DNA of 50,012 nucleotides, taken from the IMG/VR virus record IMGVR_UViG_3300032239_001852, positions 1 through 50,012 of that record. One strand, written 5' to 3'. Below, in pieces: positions 1 through 8,691 of the stretch (the stretch's first letter is position 1; the number at the start of each line of letters is the position of its first letter). The DNA comes from a virus (Duplodnaviria; Caudoviricetes). The notes under the pieces were generated by a model. It worked only from the letters and a program-made list of their open reading frames with translations, had not been told where the DNA came from and searched no databases. A program made the position numbers and the translations under genes.

Positions 1-237
1 ATTACGCATCGCTATTGTGAAGGCGGTATGGGGTTTGCTGGTGAGGTCGAGTACGCAGACGGCGTAGAGGCTGACCGCAAGGAGTACGACGGCGACACCG
101 ATAAGTTATCGGATGACGCGTGGTTCAAGGGCGAAGACGGCAAGCCAGAATACGGCGAGCGCGACTATGATAGCGTTCCAATGACCGCCTTTGAGTCGTT
201 CTGTGATGAACACTTCGGCGGCGTAGTAGGAGGTTGA
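1..237 (+). CDS. 5'-truncated hypothetical protein, possibly the C-terminus of a YubB/DUF1281-like ferredoxin-fold protein
   Basis: Frame is open from base 1 (ITHRYCEGGMGFAGEVEYADG); resembles the Y.EpGmgF.G motif of that family. Confidence 0.4.
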   Translation: MTHRYCEGGMGFAGEVEYADGVEADRKEYDGDTDKLSDDAWFKGEDGKPEYGERDYDSVPMTAFESFCDEHFGGVVGG

Positions 238-239
238 GT

Positions 240-590
240 ATGTATCAGGCGTACATTGACGGAAACACGATTGACGAGATTGTCGCGGCAGGCGAGGATT
301 TTGTTTACTCCGACATCTATCCGCAAGTGAGCGGAGTGATTGGCAGGGAGAAGCTCTATGAGGCCTTAGCCGGAGCGAGCGAAGGCTTTGCCCAAGAGGA
401 GCTAACCATCATCCTCAACGGCTTGCCATTCGTCAGCCACGAACGCCACGACAATGTGGTGCTTGGGTGGATTGAGGGGATGCGCGGCTGTAATGTTGCT
501 ATCTTGTCATCGGATACCGACGCAAAAGATTACCTATCGGACATTCGCAATAGCGCAAAGGCCAGCGGTATTCTTTGGGGGGCTGAATAA
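240..590 (+). CDS. hypothetical protein
   Basis: ATG at 240 preceded by GTAGTAGGAGG RBS. Confidence 0.7.
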   Translation: MYQAYIDGNTIDEIVAAGEDFVYSDIYPQVSGVIGREKLYEALAGASEGFAQEELTIILNGLPFVSHERHDNVVLGWIEGMRGCNVAILSSDTDAKDYLSDIRNSAKASGILWGAE

Positions 591-647
591 TGTTAGGAGA
601 AAAACTGTGGTCGCTGTTCGTGCTTGTAGCAATAGGGAAGGCGTTGT

Positions 648-893
648 TTAGTTTAGCTTCTCTGGCTCCCACGACTCCGGAAGATCGTCGGGATCAGGAG
701 AAGTGAACCCATCAGGGGTGTTGACCCAGCGGATACTAAACTCAACGGAGCGGTCGCTAGTGGTCAGCTCAGCGTGTTCGGAGATCATCTTGAGAGCCTG
801 GTGAGGCGTTAGGGCAACATCATAAAAGCCTTCGGCGGAAGTGATGTGCCAAGTATCTGGCTCACCAGGGCGATAGACAACGAAGTAGTCCAT
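648..893 (-). CDS. hypothetical protein (start uncertain, 893 or 941)
   Basis: Most plausible ORF filling the gap; acidic, protein-like composition. Confidence 0.4.
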   Translation of the reverse strand: MDYFVVYRPGEPDTWHITSAEGFYDVALTPHQALKMISEHAELTTSDRSVEFSIRWVNTPDGFTSPDPDDLPESWEPEKLN

Positions 894-1008
894 GCGTAGA
901 TTGTCCACCCTTCGCACACGACAAGGGAAGAAGAAGGCCATCTGCGGTGGTATACTTCAGCAGCGAGCCGAGCGCATCTCGGTAGCGTATCAACAGGAGT
1001 AAGCAAGT

Positions 1009-1467
1009 ATGAACGAGCGCAATCAACTCATCTATGCCGACTATTTCGGCGGGATGTCCCTTCAGGATGTCGCAAGTAAGTATGGCGTCACGCGCCAGAG
1101 GATTCAGCAGATTGTCTCAAAGACAGGGCCGAAGCGTCCGCGTCTTTCTGGCGGATCAAAGCTTCGCAAGTTTAGCTATGAGGCTATTGCTTCATACTAT
1201 AAGCTGAACACGCCAACACTAGTCGAGGCAGCCAAGAACTTTGGATGTTCAGTCAGCACCATTACTCACGCGCTCGCAGAGCAGGGAGTAGATGGTCAGC
1301 GCAAGATTCGTTTTACTGACGAGTCCATCACGGACATCGTGAGCCGGTATCAGGCCGGAGAGAAGCTGCGGCTGATTGGCGAGACTTATCAGACAAGCGC
1401 GCAGTACATCAACACCATCCTCCGGCGTTCCGGCGCGACGGCTCGTCGTAGGCTCAAGAATGTTTAG
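1009..1467 (+). CDS. multi-HTH DNA-binding protein (N-terminal sigma70 region-4-like HTH)
   Basis: GMSLQDVASKYGVTRQRIQQIV plus two further HTH-like segments (TLVEAAKNFGCSVSTI; KLRLIGETYQTSAQYI); AGGAG RBS. Confidence 0.75.
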   Translation: MNERNQLIYADYFGGMSLQDVASKYGVTRQRIQQIVSKTGPKRPRLSGGSKLRKFSYEAIASYYKLNTPTLVEAAKNFGCSVSTITHALAEQGVDGQRKIRFTDESITDIVSRYQAGEKLRLIGETYQTSAQYINTILRRSGATARRRLKNV

Positions 1468-1714
1468 TGAAGACGACTTCAGGACATACGCAAAACTGAG
1501 GAAGGCCGAGGATCGGCACTTCAGGTATGGCCGGTCGATTCGTCGCTACATCAGGGAGAACCGCGACCTGATGGAAATGTCAGGATGGATTGAGTGGGCG
1601 TATGACGAGTCCCGCAAGCCATTCGTTTATGGCAGTCCTTTACCCGCGTGGACACCCGAGCAGTGGCGTGAGATGGCAGCTGAGTGGGAAGGCCGCAAGG
1701 TAAAGAAAACTTAA
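1460..1714 (+). CDS. hypothetical protein
   Basis: ATG overlaps the 3' end of the upstream gene. Confidence 0.6.
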   Translation: MFSEDDFRTYAKLRKAEDRHFRYGRSIRRYIRENRDLMEMSGWIEWAYDESRKPFVYGSPLPAWTPEQWREMAAEWEGRKVKKT

Positions 1715-1727
1715 CCGAGATGGGGCA

Positions 1728-1757
1728 TTGACTTCTCCGGCGGGCTGGGTTTATACT
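1728..1757 (+). promoter_or_regulatory. sigma70-type promoter
   Basis: TTGACT-N18-TATACT. Confidence 0.75.
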
Positions 1758-1804
1758 CATCCCGCCGGAAGTTTTTTCGGTAGGAAGTAGTAGTAGGAGG
1801 AAGT

Positions 1805-2248
1805 ATGGGATACGACATTTACTCAATGCGAGAGGACAGGGAGAAGTCGCTAGCGTTTGCTAAGAAGGCAACGCCGTGGGTGTTTGGCGACAACGACGAA
1901 GCTCCCGACTATTGGCGCAACACGGCCTATTACCGAATGAACATTGGTGGTATGGGAATCCTACGCAAGATCAACGAGCTTCTGGGCGTGGCCTTTCTCA
2001 ATGAGGCCTTGTGGGATAACTCCGGTACGGTCATCCGAGATTGGGAGTGTGGTGATGCTGCGGAGATTATTGCCAAGAAGGATGACCTTGAGATTCGCGC
2101 GGCGGTGATTGAGGCTATGAAGGAGTACGACGGAGCGCAGTTCCTTATCGACAAAGATGGTGAGGTTCAGGGGTGGATTGAGGAAGTTCGCCATTGGCAG
2201 GAATACCTTCGCATTTGCTCCGAGTTGAAGGGTTGCGAAGTTCTATGA
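1805..2248 (+). CDS. hypothetical protein
   Basis: GTAGTAGGAGG RBS and own promoter. Confidence 0.8.
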   Translation: MGYDIYSMREDREKSLAFAKKATPWVFGDNDEAPDYWRNTAYYRMNIGGMGILRKINELLGVAFLNEALWDNSGTVIRDWECGDAAEIIAKKDDLEIRAAVIEAMKEYDGAQFLIDKDGEVQGWIEEVRHWQEYLRICSELKGCEVL

Positions 2249-2321
2249 TTGTTGTATTCTGGCTTCTGGTCGGACTTCTGACCATTTGGGTAATGCGGCT
2301 TACAGGCCGATAGGAGGTTGT

Positions 2322-2591
2322 ATGGAGGACTTGGTTATCATCTATCACCACGACCCATCGCACGGATGGCTCGAAGTGAAGCGCGAGCTTGTAGAGATGC
2401 TCGGCATTCAGGGGCTTATTAGCTCGTATTCCTATCAGAAGGACGACCGCCTGTTTTTGGAGGAGGATGCCGACGCATCGCTGCTCATCCGCTCTCTTGG
2501 GGAGTTGAACATCAAGTATACGCTCATTGACCGGCACACCCGCACCGACCATTGGATTCGCGCACTTGACCGCTATAACGCATTAGATTAG
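2322..2591 (+). CDS. hypothetical phage protein (DPxHGWLxV...LEED motif)
   Basis: AGGAGG RBS; motif HHDPSHGWLEV...SYSY...FLEEDADA. Confidence 0.7.
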   Translation: MEDLVIIYHHDPSHGWLEVKRELVEMLGIQGLISSYSYQKDDRLFLEEDADASLLIRSLGELNIKYTLIDRHTRTDHWIRALDRYNALD

Positions 2592-2638
2592 TATTGCTTC
2601 GCGGCACTTGCCGTGAGGAAGTAGGAAGGAGTAGGACA

Positions 2639-3142
2639 ATGGGATACTACATTTCAGGAAACGGGAACCTCAGAATCAAGGCCGAGAATCTTGGCAAGGC
2701 GTATGAAGCGTTGATGGCACTCAACGACGCACCGGACAGCGCGAAGCGCGGCGGGTCATACAGCGGTGGCAAGCAGCACTCATCGTGGTTCTCGTGGATG
2801 CCAGCCGACCTTCGTGAACTCGTAGATACGAAGGCCGTGTTTGAGCAGCTGGGATTTGAGTTGGAGCAGGACAATGGCGACCTGCTAATCCGTTGCTACG
2901 AAAACAAGTCTGGTCAGGAGGAAGTGTTCTTTGCCGCCGCTGCGCCGTTCATTGAGGATGGCGAGTATGAGTGGACAGGCGAGGATGGCGCGTTCTGGGA
3001 GTGGACTTTTGTTGATGGCAAGATGTATCAGCGCGATGGGATTCGTGAGTATGGCGAGGAGCGCGAGATTAGCGTGCCGGAGCTTCATCGTCAGCACATT
3101 GAGATGGTAGAGCGCATTGAGGCTTCGTTCGCCAAGAAGTAA
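2639..3142 (+). CDS. hypothetical protein
   Basis: GTAGGAAGGAGTAGGACA RBS before ATG 2639. Confidence 0.75.
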   Translation: MGYYISGNGNLRIKAENLGKAYEALMALNDAPDSAKRGGSYSGGKQHSSWFSWMPADLRELVDTKAVFEQLGFELEQDNGDLLIRCYENKSGQEEVFFAAAAPFIEDGEYEWTGEDGAFWEWTFVDGKMYQRDGIREYGEEREISVPELHRQHIEMVERIEASFAKK

Positions 3143-3145
3143 AGC

Positions 3146-3174
3146 TTGACCCGGCTGCGTCTATCGTTTAGTGT
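3146..3174 (+). promoter_or_regulatory. sigma70-type promoter
   Basis: TTGACC-N17-TAGTGT. Confidence 0.6.
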
Positions 3175-3218
3175 TAGGCGTAGCCGGGTTCGGCTATCTA
3201 GTAGGAGAGGAGAGGACA

Positions 3219-3434
3219 ATGAGCAACGAGCATTTGGTAGCTACCGCATCGTGCGACTTCTGCGATAAGCCGATGGCGTACTGGGCGGATAACAACTGGT
3301 CAGGAGTGGCATCGCGCTATTGCGAGGCCTGTGAGGAGAAGCGTGCCGAGAAGTTCGGCTGCGCGATGATGATTGCCGAGGGCGCAACGTGCGAGGATGG
3401 CATCTGCGGCTGCGGCGGAGAGGGGACTTACTGA
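3219..3434 (+). CDS. small Cys-rich (zinc-finger-like) protein
   Basis: CDFC...CEAC plus further Cys; GAGGACA RBS. Confidence 0.65.
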   Translation: MSNEHLVATASCDFCDKPMAYWADNNWSGVASRYCEACEEKRAEKFGCAMMIAEGATCEDGICGCGGEGTY

Positions 3435-3778
3435 TGAGAAAGTATATTGATTTCTGGGATAACCTAGACGACCTTTTGATGACGATGTTCCGCGACACCG
3501 AGGCCTATGTGTATGGGCCAGAGAAGATCGGCCGGTGGTGCTGTAATACCTGTACTGCGGCAGAGCTTAGTCTGATGGCTGATGCGGACAACATTAGCGA
3601 TCCGGTGTATTTCTTCTATCACGACCAGAACCGCGATACCGACTCAGATGAGTGCCATCTGGGATGGTCGGGAGGGCAGCGCGCACTTGACCTCATCAAG
3701 CAGTATTGCGACTACTACGCGTTGGTGGTAGACTTGCCTGAGAACGAGGACACAAAGATTCTCGTCAAAGCTAACTAG
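3434..3778 (+). CDS. hypothetical protein (CCxxC...FYHDQ, DUF6891-like)
   Basis: TGATG coupling to the upstream gene; WCCNTC...YFFYHDQ...HLGW. Confidence 0.55.
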   Translation: MRKYIDFWDNLDDLLMTMFRDTEAYVYGPEKIGRWCCNTCTAAELSLMADADNISDPVYFFYHDQNRDTDSDECHLGWSGGQRALDLIKQYCDYYALVVDLPENEDTKILVKAN

Positions 3779-3786
3779 GAGGACTT

Positions 3787-4302
3787 ATGGCAAAGAGGAA
3801 GCCTAATAGCATTGCCGAAACAGGTATGTGGAACGCATACGAGTATTCGGTGAAGCGCGCCAGACTTACAAACAAGTCAGCAGTCATTACAAGCCCACGC
3901 GACCTTGCGGCTCTGTTCCGCGAGTTTGCAGACGCGGAGATGAGTGAGGCCTTGTTTGTCGTGGCGTTCGGTGGTCGCAACAACCTGCTCGGTATCCATC
4001 GGCTCTATTCGGGAACGGCGACCGGTACTTCGGTTTCGGTTGGCGAGATTCTCCGCTCTGGTCTGATGATGGGCTGTGTGGGGTTGGCGTTGGTTCACAA
4101 TCACCCTTCGGGCGATTCGGCGGCCTCTGATGAGGACATCAAGCTTACGGCTGACGTTGCGAAGGCCGCATCGCTGCTCGACCTCACCTTCATTGACCAT
4201 CTGGTTGTGGGGTCTAGTGGTGCGTTCACTAGTATTCGCTCAGAAAAGCCAGTTATCTTTTCCGATGATGATCGCCTGAAAGTGATGGGCGGCTCAAACT
4301 AA
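3787..4302 (+). CDS. radC: RadC-like JAB/MPN domain protein
   Basis: E...LVHNHPSGDSAASDEDIKLT...FIDHLVVG is the canonical RadC JAB motif. Confidence 0.9.
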   Translation: MAKRKPNSIAETGMWNAYEYSVKRARLTNKSAVITSPRDLAALFREFADAEMSEALFVVAFGGRNNLLGIHRLYSGTATGTSVSVGEILRSGLMMGCVGLALVHNHPSGDSAASDEDIKLTADVAKAASLLDLTFIDHLVVGSSGAFTSIRSEKPVIFSDDDRLKVMGGSN

Positions 4303-4306
4303 CTAC

Positions 4307-4382
4307 GACTCGTAGGGGGGTGTCCTCCCTCCCGCGAGTCCTATCCCCCCGGCAAGTGTCCTCTTGCCGGGGGATTACTTTT
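4307..4382 (+). terminator. tandem hairpins / intrinsic terminator, both loops TGTCCT
   Basis: GACTCGTAGGGGGG-TGTCCT-CCCTCCCGCGAGTC, then CCCCCGGCAAG-TGTCCT-CTTGCCGGGGG followed by a T-rich tail. Confidence 0.75.
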
Positions 4383-4542
4383 GTAGCTCCGTCTTATTAC
4401 CCAGGCCGTATACGCGCGCGGAGCTTTCCCCCATACCCCCTCTACTCCGGCTATCAACCGGACTGCAAATAGTTAAGATTCCTTACATAAACCTTATCCG
4501 CAACTTACTTGACCGCATGACACTTCTGTAAGAAACTTCTTG

Positions 4543-4978
4543 TGTCGGGAGCAATCCTAGGAAAAGCTACCGACTAGGTGAGAGTGTTGGGAACGAAGCA
4601 CGCAGCCGAAAAATGCGAAGTGGTTCAGGCGAGTGATGGCCTCTAATCGCTGCTGTAAATGCGGGAGAGGAAGCTTGGGAAGCGGAAGCCGGGGCTCTGG
4701 CCAATACCGGTGGAAGCAACCAACCTACCGGAATCTCTGGGGGCGACGGCTCTCAGGGGTTCCGGGACATAATGAATCCGTTCCGGGTATAGGCCGGATA
4801 GTTGGCAGATAGACGAACTGCCCGCGACGATAAAGATACTGGGCATTTGGACTAACCATCAGGGTGGCCGGTATCAGCAATCAGGCGAGAGCCGAAGGTT
4901 GCCTCGGTGAAAGGGGATAAGCGTCAGTAGCGCGATAGCTGGGGGGTCGGCCGGATGTGGTGTCCGGTCGGCTCCCCG
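4543..4978 (+). ncRNA. putative large structured non-coding RNA, family unknown
   Basis: No credible ORF; upstream TTGACC-N17-GAAACT; many stems with G-U pairs and GNRA loops; ends in a GC hairpin. Confidence 0.6.
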
Positions 4979-4984
4979 TCATAC

Positions 4985-5014
4985 TTGACGGAGTGAATCC
5001 GTTGGGTGTAGTGT
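4985..5014 (+). promoter_or_regulatory. sigma70-type promoter
   Basis: TTGACG-N18-TAGTGT. Confidence 0.65.
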
Positions 5015-5057
5015 TCGTTGTGCCGGTGATTGCCGGTGTAGTGGAAGGAGAGGACAG

Positions 5058-5240
5058 ATGGAACAGATTGAGGTTCCGGTTTGTGAGAACGCCGAAAGGT
5101 GGGCTGACCTACCTCACGAAGGTGTGAAGTCGCGCAGCTTCGCAACTGGTTGGAACGGATTTGAGTATGCGTATGAGGACTTTGTTGTGATGTGCGACGA
5201 GTGCTGGGAGGCGGCGTGCGATACCCGATGGCCTCAATGA
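5058..5240 (+). CDS. small acidic Cys-containing protein
   Basis: GGAGAGGACAG RBS; CDEC motif. Confidence 0.65.
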   Translation: MEQIEVPVCENAERWADLPHEGVKSRSFATGWNGFEYAYEDFVVMCDECWEAACDTRWPQ

Positions 5241-5389
5241 GCCGGAACGCCTGTTCTTGGTGCGGTACTGAGGTAGAAGATGAGCTTCAGCACGAGTCGG
5301 CTCTTTGCGCGGAGTGTTTTGCTGACGCGCAGGTTTCATCCTTAGAGGAGATTGGCGTACAGGAGGGACGAGATAATGGGACGATTTGA
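5237..5389 (+). CDS. small zinc-finger-like protein (50 aa)
   Basis: ATGA overlap; CSWC...CAEC. Confidence 0.6.
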   Translation: MSRNACSWCGTEVEDELQHESALCAECFADAQVSSLEEIGVQEGRDNGTI

Positions 5390-5630
5390 TTGGCCTTACG
5401 ACGAACTTGATGTGCTGGCATTTGCTCGTGCGATGGTTCACGGCGGGTATGCGGAGTATGCGGAAACTAATGACCGGTGCGATTTGTTGCTTGACCTTAT
5501 TGAGCGGCCGTATAAGTGGCGCACGGAGCTTGACGCGTGGGTGGCAGCCGGTCGTCCTGATGTCTTTGATCCTACTGACGAAGCCGAGGTCGAGGTGTTT
5601 GATACGGCGTGTGATTTGACTTCGGCCTAG
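5376..5630 (+). CDS. hypothetical acidic protein
   Basis: AGGAGG RBS upstream of ATG 5376. Confidence 0.65.
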   Translation: MGRFDWPYDELDVLAFARAMVHGGYAEYAETNDRCDLLLDLIERPYKWRTELDAWVAAGRPDVFDPTDEAEVEVFDTACDLTSA

Positions 5631-5645
5631 CGTTGGGTGTAATCT
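5616..5645 (+). promoter_or_regulatory. sigma70-type promoter
   Basis: TTGACT-N18-TAATCT. Confidence 0.7.
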
Positions 5646-5690
5646 GGCATAGCCGGTAGTTGCCGGTGTAGTAGGAAGGAGTAAACGATA

Positions 5691-5927
5691 ATGAGAGATG
5701 TGAACGAGGTCTTGTCGGTTCCGTTCAGCAAGTTCTATGTCGCGGTAGCTCGCAAGGTTGAGGCCACCTGTGGCCTGACCCCTGATGACCTGCCTGATGT
5801 TGATTTCCGTGGGTTCTACCCTGGCGAGCGCGCGACTTTTGGCGACTACCGGCACGCGATTGCCGAGTGCGCGCTGTCGGTGTTGGAGTCGGCAGGGTAT
5901 CCATTGGGCGATGAGGACTACGAATAA
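5691..5927 (+). CDS. hypothetical protein
   Basis: GTAGTAGGAAGGAG RBS. Confidence 0.7.
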   Translation: MRDVNEVLSVPFSKFYVAVARKVEATCGLTPDDLPDVDFRGFYPGERATFGDYRHAIAECALSVLESAGYPLGDEDYE

Positions 5928-6100
5928 TGCGTAGCCTTATTACGAAGGCCGAGTACCTGCGTGAGTCTGAGGCGTGGTTTGCCGCGCAGCGTCGCAATGA
6001 TCGGGTGAAGCTTATCGTTGCGCTGCTAGGACTTGCGGCACTGGTAGCAATAGTGCTAGGGTGGCCTTGCGCGGATGCCGTATGTGCTCCGGCAGGATGA
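5927..6100 (+). CDS. small single-pass membrane protein (57 aa, not in ORF track)
   Basis: TAATG coupling; hydrophobic stretch LIVALLGLAALVAIVLGW; fills the gap exactly. Confidence 0.6.
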   Translation: MRSLITKAEYLRESEAWFAAQRRNDRVKLIVALLGLAALVAIVLGWPCADAVCAPAG

Positions 6101-6112
6101 GATAGGAGAAAG

Positions 6113-6397
6113 ATGATGGGACTAGACGGAACTGAACTCTACGAGCTGAACGAAGCCGGATACCTTCGTATTGACCTCACGGACGATTCGTGGGTGGCCT
6201 TGATGAGCGCGGATGGCGTGAACTTTGGCGGTACGCTGTGGCAGCGCGCCAATGACGGCTACGACTATTCCGCCGGTTGTACGGCGGGGTATCCGGTGCT
6301 CGGTCGCTATGAGGACGCCGACACCATCGCGCGCCGATTGGCTGACTTTATCCTTATGGAGAACGGTGAGGAAGGCCGATTTATCCGCTCCGAATAA
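6113..6397 (+). CDS. hypothetical acidic protein
   Basis: AGGAG RBS; followed by terminator. Confidence 0.7.
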   Translation: MMGLDGTELYELNEAGYLRIDLTDDSWVALMSADGVNFGGTLWQRANDGYDYSAGCTAGYPVLGRYEDADTIARRLADFILMENGEEGRFIRSE

Positions 6398-6427
6398 TAC
6401 GCCGGTGATCCTTTCCACCGGACTACG

Positions 6428-6460
6428 CCCCCAGCTGCTCATCCCAGCTGGGGGTTTTTT
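6428..6460 (+). terminator. intrinsic terminator
   Basis: CCCCCAGCTG-loop-CAGCTGGGGG-TTTTTT. Confidence 0.85.
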
Positions 6461-6545
6461 CATGCGCTCTATCACGGGCGCGACTCCCCCCATACCCCCC
6501 AGCTCGCCGGTTGTGTACCGGTAGCCGCAGCTCAATGTGCGGGAT

Positions 6546-6575
6546 TTGACGCGGCCTAGCGGTTGGTTGTAATCT
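6546..6575 (+). promoter_or_regulatory. sigma70-type promoter
   Basis: TTGACG-N18-TAATCT. Confidence 0.75.
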
Positions 6576-6618
6576 CTCTGTGTCGGGGCTTCCCGATGAG
6601 TAAGGAAGGAGAGCGCAG

Positions 6619-7017
6619 ATGTTCGCATTTGTCGTAAAGGTAGACGAGTCCGGCTCGTGGATTGAGCGGATTGCTTGGGACAACGAGGAAGGCCTCGGCG
6701 AGATGTACCGCACGATTCGGTGCAACCTTGTGGAGATTGCCGGCACCGGCGAGCTTGCTGGCGTTCCGGTGATTCTCTGGGTTGATGAGGAAGGCCTGTA
6801 TCACGAACCAGTACTAATGAACTTGGCGGCGTGCGACTTGCTTGCAGAAGCGAGCAATAGCGCGCCGGCGTATCTGGTCGGTGGCGGTCTTGTTGGTCGG
6901 GCGATACTACTGGTCAATCTTGGGAGCGATCACCGCAGCTTTACGGCTGATGAAGCCGACAAGATTTCCGGCGTTCTCGCTGCCGGCGGGTACACACTCC
7001 GCGAGTCGGTGGCCTGA
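6619..7017 (+). CDS. DUF3846-like protein
   Basis: LVE...ILWVDEEGL...MNLAA...LVGRAILL pattern. Confidence 0.6.
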   Translation: MFAFVVKVDESGSWIERIAWDNEEGLGEMYRTIRCNLVEIAGTGELAGVPVILWVDEEGLYHEPVLMNLAACDLLAEASNSAPAYLVGGGLVGRAILLVNLGSDHRSFTADEADKISGVLAAGGYTLRESVA

Positions 7018-7018
7018 T

Positions 7019-7048
7019 TTGACGCGCTCCGGTGGTCGGGTGTAGTAT
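7019..7048 (+). promoter_or_regulatory. sigma70-type promoter
   Basis: TTGACG-N18-TAGTAT. Confidence 0.7.
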
Positions 7049-7091
7049 CTGATCACCGGAGCTTTCCGGCGTAGTAGGAAGGAAGGAACCT

Positions 7092-7547
7092 ATGAACACA
7101 CAGCAAGCACTAGCAGCAGCGGCGAAGGCCGCCGGTAAGATCACCACCCTAACGGCGTGGAGCGATTGGACAACGCCGCGAACGCTGGAGCGTCGTGAGG
7201 AGAGCGCAGCTGGGCGGCAAGCCGAGCACCGCGCGATTGGTCGCGTGAAGGTGTCCGGTGAAGCTCGCTATGATGAGAGGGGGCGCGTATCGTTCCTGTT
7301 CACAGCGTCCGGTACGCTTGACCGAACGCAAGAGGCAACCGGAATCGTTCTCAATAAGAAGGGCGAGCCGACACTCTCCCTGATTATCGGAGCACCTACC
7401 GAGTACGGATACACTACGGCCTGTCCCAACGCGGGGAAGCTCGGTACTGCTTGCGAGAAGCGGAAGCCGTTCCACGCGCACCGTGGCGTGAACCTGACGC
7501 GCCTCGTGTCGTGGGTCATTGCGGGTGAGGAACAAGTCGAGGGCTAG
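7092..7547 (+). CDS. unknown Cys/His protein, paralog A of a triplicated family
   Basis: Shares long blocks (KKGEP, APTEYGY, ACPNAGK, PFHxHR, NLTRL) with 9438-9905 and 12613-13095. Confidence 0.9.
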   Translation: MNTQQALAAAAKAAGKITTLTAWSDWTTPRTLERREESAAGRQAEHRAIGRVKVSGEARYDERGRVSFLFTASGTLDRTQEATGIVLNKKGEPTLSLIIGAPTEYGYTTACPNAGKLGTACEKRKPFHAHRGVNLTRLVSWVIAGEEQVEG

Positions 7548-7564
7548 CAGCTCGCGTTATCGCC

Positions 7565-7610
7565 GAGGCCGTCGCTCCCATCTGTGCGGGAGTGGCGGCC
7601 TCTTTTTTTT
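7565..7610 (+). terminator. intrinsic terminator, loop ATCTGTGC
   Basis: 15-bp stem followed by T8. Confidence 0.9.
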
Positions 7611-7827
7611 GCCGGACAAGTTCGCCTGTCCAGCTTGGTTTTTTCCGGCTCTTATTAGCAGCTCGCATTTCCCCCCATACCCCCTGTTTTTTTCAGGCTC
7701 TTATTATTGGACTAACTATTCCCCCATACCCCCTGCTTTTTTCACGCCTCTATACAGGGGCGCGCGCACCCCCACACCCCCCTCCTACCGGCGGCATCCC
7801 TACCGGTTGCGCCCTCCGCAACGCCAT

Positions 7828-7855
7828 TTGACTTCTGCCGTGGGAAGCGTAAGAT
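7828..7855 (+). promoter_or_regulatory. sigma70-type promoter
   Basis: TTGACT-N16-TAAGAT. Confidence 0.6.
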
Positions 7856-7905
7856 GGCCTCAGCCGATCTGATGAATCGGCACAGGCACAGGAAGGAAGA
7901 GGACA

Positions 7906-8364
7906 ATGGAAGACCTAACAACTCCGGCGACCAAGTGGGTTCAGAAGTATCTCGGGAATCAGTCGCAGGGTGTCTGCCCGGCTTGCCGCCAGACGCTACC
8001 GGCTGACGCGGCCTATCGCGTCTATGTCCGCTACGGCGACGGCGATGACCTTACCGCCTATGTGCCAACCTACGGAACGGCTCTGGCTGTTCTGATCGGT
8101 TGGGCTGATGATGAGGTCGGTCAATCTTTCTGGTCGTACTTCGAGGCTGACTCGTGGAAGACCATCACCATTGCTCAGGCGGCGATCTTCTCCGGCGATC
8201 CGCTCGCGTTCGCCAACTTCGTAGACGCGACCGGTGGCGAGTCGTCGCCTATCGCGGCTGAGGTGTTTGAGGCCATTGAGTCTACGCTTCTGGATACGCC
8301 GCTCGTCGGTGCTGTCTGGATTGACTCGCTCCATAATCCGGTGATGCCGAGCGACTACCGCTAG
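7906..8364 (+). CDS. hypothetical protein (CxxC near N-terminus)
   Basis: Own promoter, GAGGACA RBS and terminator. Confidence 0.8.
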   Translation: MEDLTTPATKWVQKYLGNQSQGVCPACRQTLPADAAYRVYVRYGDGDDLTAYVPTYGTALAVLIGWADDEVGQSFWSYFEADSWKTITIAQAAIFSGDPLAFANFVDATGGESSPIAAEVFEAIESTLLDTPLVGAVWIDSLHNPVMPSDYR

Positions 8365-8383
8365 ACTTCTCCGGATTTTCTAC

Positions 8384-8425
8384 GAGGCCACTCCCCATCT
8401 GTGCGGGGGGTGGCCTCTTCTCTTT
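8384..8425 (+). terminator. intrinsic terminator, loop ATCTGTGC
   Basis: GAGGCCACTCCCC-ATCTGTGC-GGGGGGTGGCCTC followed by a T-rich tail. Confidence 0.8.
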
Positions 8426-8612
8426 GTAGAGCTTTACACGGGCAACAGCTCCACACGGGCAACGTTTTTTCTGGGTGCTATTGCTCGCGCGATCATTTCC
8501 CCCATACCCCCTGCCCCATTTTTTCAGGCCACCTATTACTGCCGGCTATTTCCCCCATACCCCCTTGACCAGAGGCCACCCCTAGGGGGGGTGTACCGGC
8601 ATCGCGTCCTAT

Positions 8613-8641
8613 TTGACGTTGCCCAAGTGTCGATGTACTCT
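8613..8641 (+). promoter_or_regulatory. sigma70-type promoter with a 17-bp operator-like motif in the spacer
   Basis: TTGACG-N17-TACTCT; GTTGCCCAAGTGTCGAT at 8618-8634. Confidence 0.65.
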
Positions 8642-8691
8642 CTCGGTGTTGGGGTTGTAGGCACAGACCCGCCCTGACGGAAGGAGTCCCT

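Noticed and set aside
4543-4978. RNase P RNA, tmRNA or self-splicing intron
   Set aside because: I could not find GAGGAAAGUCC, tRNA-like ends, or group I/II core motifs, and no gene is interrupted.
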